IMG/VR virus record: IMGVR_UViG_3300013105_000004 | Span: 77,973 to 90,837 of that record | Source of the DNA: a virus | Taxonomy: Duplodnaviria; Heunggongvirae; Uroviricota; Caudoviricetes | Strand: one strand, 5' to 3' | Length of the DNA: 12,865 bases | Shown here: positions 8,150 to 12,865 of the stretch, piece by piece | Layout of the letters: each line of letters opens with the position of its first letter | Numbering within the stretch: position 1 is the stretch's first letter | The notes under the pieces: generated by a model | The model's database searches: none | What the model saw: the letters and a program-made list of their open reading frames with translations, nothing else | What the model was told of the DNA's origin: nothing | Translations under genes and position numbers: made by a program

Positions 8150-8495
8150 TCAGAAGCGTTACGATTGCAGCAGTAGCACCAGCCACAGTTACAGTCCCGT
8201 TACCCGCGAGGTACGGGGCAATGGAGTCGAGCGCTACGTGGTATGTAGTGTTTGTTGCAATCGTCAGTGACAGGCCGGAAGTCAGGTTGGTAGTCAAACC
8301 AGCGACACCGGGTACAGGGTATGCAGCAGACGGAGCCGATCCCTTGATTGTCACAGTCAGCGGCCCTGCCGTGTTATTGTGAATCTCAAGCACTTGGCTT
8401 GTATTCGGCACGTAAGTAAACGTGTCAGACGCGGTAGCAGTGGTACGACTTACCGGAGTTACGCCAGCACGTACTGTCGAGTTAATAGTTCCCAT
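8142..8495 (-). CDS. Hypothetical Thr/Ala/Gly-rich beta-strand protein, probably a virion structural protein, 117 aa
   Basis: Own SD (AAGGA) and TAA stop, fitted between the tail terminator and tail tube genes. About one residue in five is Thr and only six residues are D/E/K/R. Confidence 0.7.
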   Translation of the reverse strand: MGTINSTVRAGVTPVSRTTATASDTFTYVPNTSQVLEIHNNTAGPLTVTIKGSAPSAAYPVPGVAGLTTNLTSGLSLTIATNTTYHVALDSIAPYLAGNGTVTVAGATAAIVTLLTN

Positions 8496-8519
8496 TTATT
8501 TTCCTTCGAAGAAAAGTTG

Positions 8520-8912
8520 TTATGATTCAATTCTGTAGTTGCCACGAACCGGGACGAATGTGAACCCGTCGATTACGCTACCACTTGACCAACTCAAGGG
8601 CTGTTCAATACTGACGGCCCCCGTTTTTGGTAGTACCGGGAATAGTGCTACGATAGACTCCGCCATCGCTTCCACGCCTCCCATTCCTTTTCCAGCGGGT
8701 GTGTAACAGTTGACTTGGAACATTCCATATTCCCTTACACCATCCGCTGCGACGTTCCTCAACTTGCTGTCCGATCCGAGCATGAATACCTCTAGGTACG
8801 GACCGCTTGTTGGTTTTGTAAAACTCACACCTTCGAACGCTACTGGGACCGGAGGCGTTTGCGCTTTCGCCCAGTTAGTGATTCGTGTTTCGATTTCTGA
8901 TCGAGCTGTCAT
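8520..8912 (-). CDS. Tail terminator protein (DUF4128 / lambda gpU-like position), 130 aa
   Basis: The pattern PVAFEGVSFTKP...YLEVFML...GMFQVNCYTPAGKGMG..EAMAESIVALFP resembles DUF4128-type tail terminators; it is the last of the neck genes before the tube. Confidence 0.78.
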   Translation of the reverse strand: MTARSEIETRITNWAKAQTPPVPVAFEGVSFTKPTSGPYLEVFMLGSDSKLRNVAADGVREYGMFQVNCYTPAGKGMGGVEAMAESIVALFPVLPKTGAVSIEQPLSWSSGSVIDGFTFVPVRGNYRIES

Positions 8913-9328
8913 TACGGCCTCTTATATTTCGGAACAACTTTGATAAAGGCTTTAGCGATCATTGCGTACGGTCCGACACGTCCAGACCATGTAGGCGTCG
9001 GCCAACCAGCGTATTCAGCACGGAAGCCGTACGGAGTCGAATTGGACAAACTGACGCTACTGTCACGGCCTACGAAGCCTTTATAGACCCGTAGAGACGC
9101 GATCTGCGTGAGGCTGGACATTCCGTCCTTGCTGGCAGAGTTTTCGTTGTAGGAGCCGTTATACGTGCGTCCTGTGCCTGCGTACCAGTTGTTCTTCAGT
9201 ATTCCCTTGTCCACCGGAGTGTTTTCAACAATCTCCGCGAATAGCTCTGTGGCGATTGCGACGATCTTGTCGTTAACCTGCTCCTTGACCTTCGCGTTGT
9301 GAATCCGGATCGAGTCAGCGAAGCCCAT
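8912..9328 (-). CDS. Tail completion / neck protein, HK97 gp10-like, 138 aa
   Basis: ELFAEIVENTPVDKGILKNNW...LSNSTPYGFRAEY pattern (TPVDxG motif); position between head closure and tail terminator; TAATG overlaps at both ends. Confidence 0.82.
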   Translation of the reverse strand: MGFADSIRIHNAKVKEQVNDKIVAIATELFAEIVENTPVDKGILKNNWYAGTGRTYNGSYNENSASKDGMSSLTQIASLRVYKGFVGRDSSVSLSNSTPYGFRAEYAGWPTPTWSGRVGPYAMIAKAFIKVVPKYKRP

Positions 9329-9705
9329 TATGCCCTCGCGTAAATCTCGTACAGGTAACTCTTAGTGCCTGATGGGTTGTGGTCCTTAACAACTTTCACC
9401 GACCAACGCTTACCTTCGAACAGCAAGTAGTCAACTTCAGCTCGCGGTAGCGGTGTGTTGTCACTAGGCTGAACGAAAATCCACTTATCACCTGTTTGGA
9501 TCGCCGTTCCAGCCTTTGTCAGCAAGCCGAGCGACCGCTGAATGTAGTCCTGTGCAATGATGCGGACAGGGTACTCAGTAGTTGACGATGTTGTCGTGGA
9601 GGTTTCTGGATCATATGTTGCCTCCCCAGACTCCACTACCAACGTCGCATCTCCGCCGAATCTTCCCATCATCATGACAACGGTTCTGATAAGCGGATCA
9701 ACCAT
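9328..9705 (-). CDS. Head-closure (stopper) protein, SPP1 gp16-like, 125 aa
   Basis: YDPETSTT near the N-terminus and a C-terminal EGKRWSVKVVKDHNP...YLYEIYAR beta pattern; second gene after the MCP. Confidence 0.72.
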   Translation of the reverse strand: MVDPLIRTVVMMMGRFGGDATLVVESGEATYDPETSTTTSSTTEYPVRIIAQDYIQRSLGLLTKAGTAIQTGDKWIFVQPSDNTPLPRAEVDYLLFEGKRWSVKVVKDHNPSGTKSYLYEIYARA

Positions 9706-10181
9706 TAGAAGTAGCCCCCGATTGTATTGAACGGATCGTTAGGGACCGTGCTTGGCGGCAGAGCCATCAAATGCATATCCTGCGATTGCGTCGTCGTGAT
9801 GTAGTTGCTGTTCCAATCCTTCTGGAATTGAACCAGAGGCATTTCCACCACTTGTCCGAATTCGTTCTTAACCTGCGCTACGTACGGCATCGGAGTGATG
9901 TCCATGAAGTTCGGGTTAAGGATCGTAGCTTTAACGAATGCAAGGTAGTTGTTGAACCACTCTGCACCGAACACTTCGATCTGTGCTAGCTTCTGGTGCG
10001 TCTGTGAAGTCAACATCGCAAGGATGTACTGAGCAACGAGGACACTAGCTTTCGGGACGTTGTTGTTGCAATCCGTAAGAGCTGACAAATACACTGAGTC
10101 AGGCATTAGCGGAAGATCGGAGAAATCACCTACACGTAGGCGCATCTTGCCAATTGGTTGTGTTGGATCGAGAAGTGCCAT
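9705..10181 (-). CDS. Head-tail adaptor (head completion) protein, SPP1 gp15-like, 158 aa
   Basis: First gene after the MCP terminator. Helical N-terminus with KMRLRVGD...PDSVYLSAL...ASVLVAQYILAML, as seen in adaptor proteins; SD AAAGGA. Confidence 0.72.
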   Translation of the reverse strand: MALLDPTQPIGKMRLRVGDFSDLPLMPDSVYLSALTDCNNNVPKASVLVAQYILAMLTSQTHQKLAQIEVFGAEWFNNYLAFVKATILNPNFMDITPMPYVAQVKNEFGQVVEMPLVQFQKDWNSNYITTTQSQDMHLMALPPSTVPNDPFNTIGGYF

Positions 10182-10192
10182 TGTTTGTCCTT

Positions 10193-10262
10193 TCTGTTAT
10201 TTATGAAGACTAGGTACGGAATTAACCGTTTGACATGGGACGTAATCTTCATAAATAACAGA
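10193..10262. repeat. Perfect 17-bp inverted repeat enclosing 36 bp, between the MCP terminator and the adaptor RBS
   Basis: 10193-10209 TCTGTTATTTATGAAGA is the exact reverse complement of 10246-10262 TCTTCATAAATAACAGA. Confidence 0.93.
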
Positions 10263-10277
10263 CCCCGAAGGGTCTGT
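10251..10277 (-). terminator. Rho-independent terminator after the major capsid gene
   Basis: Minus strand ACAGACCC-TTCG-GGGTCTGT-TATTTAT, about 10 nt after the MCP stop. cUUCGg loop; the imperfect U-tract suggests partial read-through. Confidence 0.88.
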
Positions 10278-10286
10278 ATTCAAGCA

Positions 10287-11315
10287 TTAGTTGCTTGTCG
10301 TGCCTTTAACTACCAGCAACGGCTTCAGCAGCGCGTTGATGAAGTTCGACTCACTCTCGATGGTGTACGCGGTTCCGTTAGGAGCCATCGTTTCGAACAC
10401 GTACAGTTGTTCACCTTGCGTGTTCACCAGACCGAAACGGTTAGCTGGCGAGAAGTAGGTCTTGAAGAACTCAGTACCAGTCGGTACGAAGTACGCATCG
10501 TTCACCGGGATCAGGCGTTGTCCGTTGTAGGAGTCACGCATTTCGATGAAGGTCACGCCCATGAATTCCCACGTACGACGCATTCCAACTGCGCTACCAT
10601 TTTCCGACTGACGACGACGCAGCGGTTCGCTTGTCGAAGTGTAGTACTGGTAGGCTTGCTTAACTACCGGGTGGGTAATCAGCTTTTGGAAGAACGTAGT
10701 ACCGCACAGAGCCACGACGCCGCTGTAGTTCACCGATCCGCTGTTATCCTGAATCTGTGCCAGAACGGTTTCGATGACTGTCGAGATTTCCGTGCCCGGA
10801 GTACCCAGCAGGAAGTCAACAGCAGCAGGGCGAGCTGCGCCGGTCATTTCCTGATACCAGTCTTGCGACACAGTACCGTTAGGAGCGTACACAGTACCAG
10901 CCGTGATAGCTTGTGCACGAGCTGCTTCCAGCGTCCATGCGTGGTTCTGACGCAGACGGGCCAGCTTACGGGCACGCACGAGGTCCAGCGTTTCAGCTTC
11001 CGAAGCCGATCCGTAGGCGCGTTTGCCTTGGATGTCTTGCGGATAGATCGCATCTTCCAGAGGGAAGTGCGGAACGGTGAACGAGTGCATCTTGCGTTGT
11101 TGGTCGCGGCCCACGCTTGAGCGGTCGCCACGAACACGGTCAACGATCAGTGCACCGTCTTTGATGATTTCTTCGAACACAACCACGTGCTCGGCAACCG
11201 ATTCCTCTTGGAAGATGCCCAGTTGGCCTAGCAGACCCCACTGGTTAGGAATGGTGTTTACTTCTTCTGTCCAGTCAACGACGCTAAAGCCGTTACCAAA
11301 ATCGCGAACGATCAT
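10287..11315 (-). CDS. Major capsid protein, lambda gpE-like family, 342 aa
   Basis: FTVPHFPLEDAIYPQDIQGKRAYG, RARKLARLRQNHAWTLEAARAQAI and ESNFINALLKPLLVV motifs match the phage cap_E-type capsid family as I recognise it. Follows protease-scaffold-decoration; strong SD AAAGGA; followed by a terminator. Confidence 0.95.
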   Translation of the reverse strand: MIVRDFGNGFSVVDWTEEVNTIPNQWGLLGQLGIFQEESVAEHVVVFEEIIKDGALIVDRVRGDRSSVGRDQQRKMHSFTVPHFPLEDAIYPQDIQGKRAYGSASEAETLDLVRARKLARLRQNHAWTLEAARAQAITAGTVYAPNGTVSQDWYQEMTGAARPAAVDFLLGTPGTEISTVIETVLAQIQDNSGSVNYSGVVALCGTTFFQKLITHPVVKQAYQYYTSTSEPLRRRQSENGSAVGMRRTWEFMGVTFIEMRDSYNGQRLIPVNDAYFVPTGTEFFKTYFSPANRFGLVNTQGEQLYVFETMAPNGTAYTIESESNFINALLKPLLVVKGTTSN

Positions 11316-11336
11316 TTGTATTCCTTTACTTGTTAA

Positions 11337-11768
11337 TTAGAACGAGGCTTCAACGATGATGCCAACGGATTTCAGGGAGTCGTATGCAGCCTGCTTCTGT
11401 GCAGCAGTACCGAACGATGCGTCAAGCTTCAGAGCCTCTTTAGCGACGATTACTTTGCCGCGTGTCAGGGCCAGAGCCGGAGTGTCGGTTGCAGCTACCA
11501 GAGTGGTATCTACGATTGCGCCCATCTTGCCGTCACCCAGATAAATAGCGGCAGGGTTTTGCGAGCCATCAGCGGCGTTTTGGACCGAAATTTTGAATTT
11601 GCCGCTGGCCGTTACTTTGCCCAGAACCGTACCCAGAGTGTAGGTAGGAGTACCGGCTTCGTTAGCGGTTACGACATCAGTGTGGAACTCGAAACGTTCC
11701 GGTGTGTCGCTCATCTTAACAAGCGAACCGAAGCGAGAGAATTGGCCTTCTGTTGCGAAAACTGGCAT
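11337..11768 (-). CDS. Head decoration (cementing) protein, lambda gpD-like, 143 aa
   Basis: LGTVLGKVTASGKFK...AADGSQNPAAIYLGD motif of the gpD/HDPD family; directly upstream of the MCP gene. Confidence 0.87.
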   Translation of the reverse strand: MPVFATEGQFSRFGSLVKMSDTPERFEFHTDVVTANEAGTPTYTLGTVLGKVTASGKFKISVQNAADGSQNPAAIYLGDGKMGAIVDTTLVAATDTPALALTRGKVIVAKEALKLDASFGTAAQKQAAYDSLKSVGIIVEASF

Positions 11769-11775
11769 GTTACAT

Positions 11776-11794
11776 TCCTTTAGAGATTAGTTGG
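11776..11794 (-). repeat. Gene-junction direct repeat, copy 2 (CCAACTAATCTCTAAAGGA)
   Basis: Matches 8130-8149; spans the scaffold stop codon and the SD of the decoration gene. Confidence 0.75.
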
Positions 11795-12353
11795 ATTGGT
11801 TATCGTGTTTGATGGTTTTGAGATAATCCATCACACGGGAGCCGCTGGCGTCAGCCACAAGCTTTACGGCGTCGGTTGAACCTTCAACGCCGACTTCTTT
11901 GAAAGCCGCAGATGTTTCTTCGGTTTTCATTTTGTTCGACATAGCACCTACGGCTACATCAAACGCTGCGTCGTCCAGAGAGGCCAGCGCTGCTTGCAGG
12001 CTGGTAGCTTGCTCTGTGCCGACTACTTCTGCCAGTTTTGCAGTACGTGCTACAACCTTTGCTTCGGCTGCTGCTTTTTCCTGCGCAGCTTTAAATTCGG
12101 TAGCTGCATCGACCAGAGCGGTCAATTCAGCGATCTTCGAATCCTTGCTCGCCAGTTCTGCAACCTTGCCGTTCAGTTGATCCGTCAGAGCGGTAACAGT
12201 GGCTTGGAGCGCTACTACTTGGTCTGTAAGACTAGCACCTGCGCTAGCCACTTCAGTTACGGCGTCTGCCATCGGTTCGATTCCTTCTTGTGTGGTTTCT
12301 GCTTGCGCAGTGTCGGGTTTCGCCCCGAACATACGTTTGAGTACATCTTTCAA
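11787..12353 (-). CDS. Capsid scaffolding protein, 188 aa (TTG start; alternative ATG at 12272)
   Basis: Ala/Lys/Glu-rich heptad pattern (LTDQVVALQATVTALTDQLNGKVAELASKDSKIAELTALV) between the protease and decoration genes; TAAGGAG upstream of TTG 12353. Confidence 0.8.
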   Translation of the reverse strand: MKDVLKRMFGAKPDTAQAETTQEGIEPMADAVTEVASAGASLTDQVVALQATVTALTDQLNGKVAELASKDSKIAELTALVDAATEFKAAQEKAAAEAKVVARTAKLAEVVGTEQATSLQAALASLDDAAFDVAVGAMSNKMKTEETSAAFKEVGVEGSTDAVKLVADASGSRVMDYLKTIKHDNQSN

Positions 12354-12362
12354 AATGGCTCC

Positions 12363-12865
12363 TTATTGCGATAGATATTCAGCGAACTGTTCGTTGTTCA
12401 TGATCGAATTAATCAGTCCCATCGACAGAGCTTTATTAGCCCGGAACATCGAAGCCTCTGTGGACCTGATATCCGCTTCCGAAAGACCCGTGTATTTCGA
12501 TACGTGGGCTACGAATTCCCCGTACAATTCATTCACGCTCTCTTGGAGCGATTCAATAAACTCGTCCCGGAACTCGCCGTTGGCATCGAATGGAATCTTG
12601 TTGGCTCCAGCCGTAACAAACGTGCGTGTGATTCCTGCTTGTTCAAGCTGCTTGCTGTTGTTCATCAGGGCGATTAGAACGCCGATGCTGCCGACTTGGC
12701 CTTGCGGATGGCACACAACCTCGTCCGACAAAACGCACAAGGCGTATGCGGCGGATGCTGCGCAATCCTGTACGTAAGAAATCAGGTAGACTTCATTATC
12801 GTCAGCCATTTTGCGGATAGCGTCTGCGGTTTGGAAACAGTTGAATGCTTCTCCACCGCCAGAGC
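12363..12865 (-). CDS. Prohead maturation protease, S49 (SppA / lambda gpC-like) family; 5' end outside the window
   Basis: The frame stays open beyond the track ATG (12809) to the window edge: SGGGEAFNCFQTADAIRKMADD... It carries the S49 motifs SGGG, AASAAY (catalytic Ser), GSIGV and AGANK (candidate catalytic Lys). Confidence 0.92.
   Translation of the reverse strand, partial: SGGGEAFNCFQTADAIRKMADDNEVYLISYVQDCAASAAYALCVLSDEVVCHPQGQVGSIGVLIALMNNSKQLEQAGITRTFVTAGANKIPFDANGEFRDEFIESLQESVNELYGEFVAHVSKYTGLSEADIRSTEASMFRANKALSMGLINSIMNNEQFAEYLSQ

Noticed and set aside
8499-8515. Weak hairpin TTTTCTT-CGA-AGGAAAA covering the orphan gene's SD
   Set aside because: It is almost all A-U/G-U pairs with a 3-nt loop, too unstable to call.
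10250-10257. CATAAATA, one mismatch from the T4 late promoter TATAAATA, in both arms of the 17-bp repeat
   Set aside because: There is no similar motif ahead of the other genes and no sign of a T4-type late sigma system in this window; an AT-rich chance match is likely.
7590-10262. IR arms faintly resemble Xer half-sites (TATGTTA in one, TTCATAA in the other)
   Set aside because: A dif site needs XerC and XerD arms 6 bp apart in one site; here the resemblances are short and on different elements.
10844-11143. 99-aa alternative-frame minus-strand ORF inside the capsid gene
   Set aside because: It has no RBS or slippery junction linking it to the MCP frame, and its composition is that of an off-frame read.
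303-12777. Many plus-strand ORFs in the track, including 10158..11120 (320 aa), 2658..3437 (259 aa) and 4431..5114 (227 aa)
   Set aside because: They lie antisense to well-supported structural genes, have no convincing RBS or recognisable motif, and are the expected shadows of codon bias.

Overview
The whole window is a phage head-neck-tail morphogenesis operon on the minus strand, typical of a long non-contractile-tailed (siphovirus-type) virion. All complete genes are intact, so it could be a free phage or an intact prophage; no integration or lysogeny marker is in view. In the direction of transcription (right to left) the order is: S49 prohead protease (5' end outside the window), coiled-coil scaffold, lambda gpD-like decoration protein, lambda gpE-like major capsid protein, terminator, head-tail adaptor, head-closure protein, HK97 gp10-like tail completion protein, tail terminator, a 117-aa Thr-rich orphan, tail tube protein, terminator, internal sigma70 promoter, tail assembly chaperone with a probable -1 frameshift extension, an 1826-aa tape measure protein, and a >333-aa tail-tip/hub protein that runs off the left edge and is missing from the ORF track. 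The most unusual signal is non-coding. Both cUUCGg terminators are followed by a long inverted repeat (17 bp perfect at 10193-10262; 20 bp with one mismatch at 7504-7609) whose first arm overlaps the terminator U-tract. The two enclosed segments share GTACGGAA...TTTGACA...ACGTA but in opposite orientations, and one holds a near-consensus promoter aimed at the chaperone/tape-measure genes. This suggests either invertible promoter switches or RNA-processing stems. Other signals are an apparent complete absence of CCWGG, an intragenic terminator-like hairpin just after the tape measure gene, a 19-20 nt repeated gene-junction motif, and an in-frame protease/scaffold pair split by a single TAA. All readings were done by hand without database searches.
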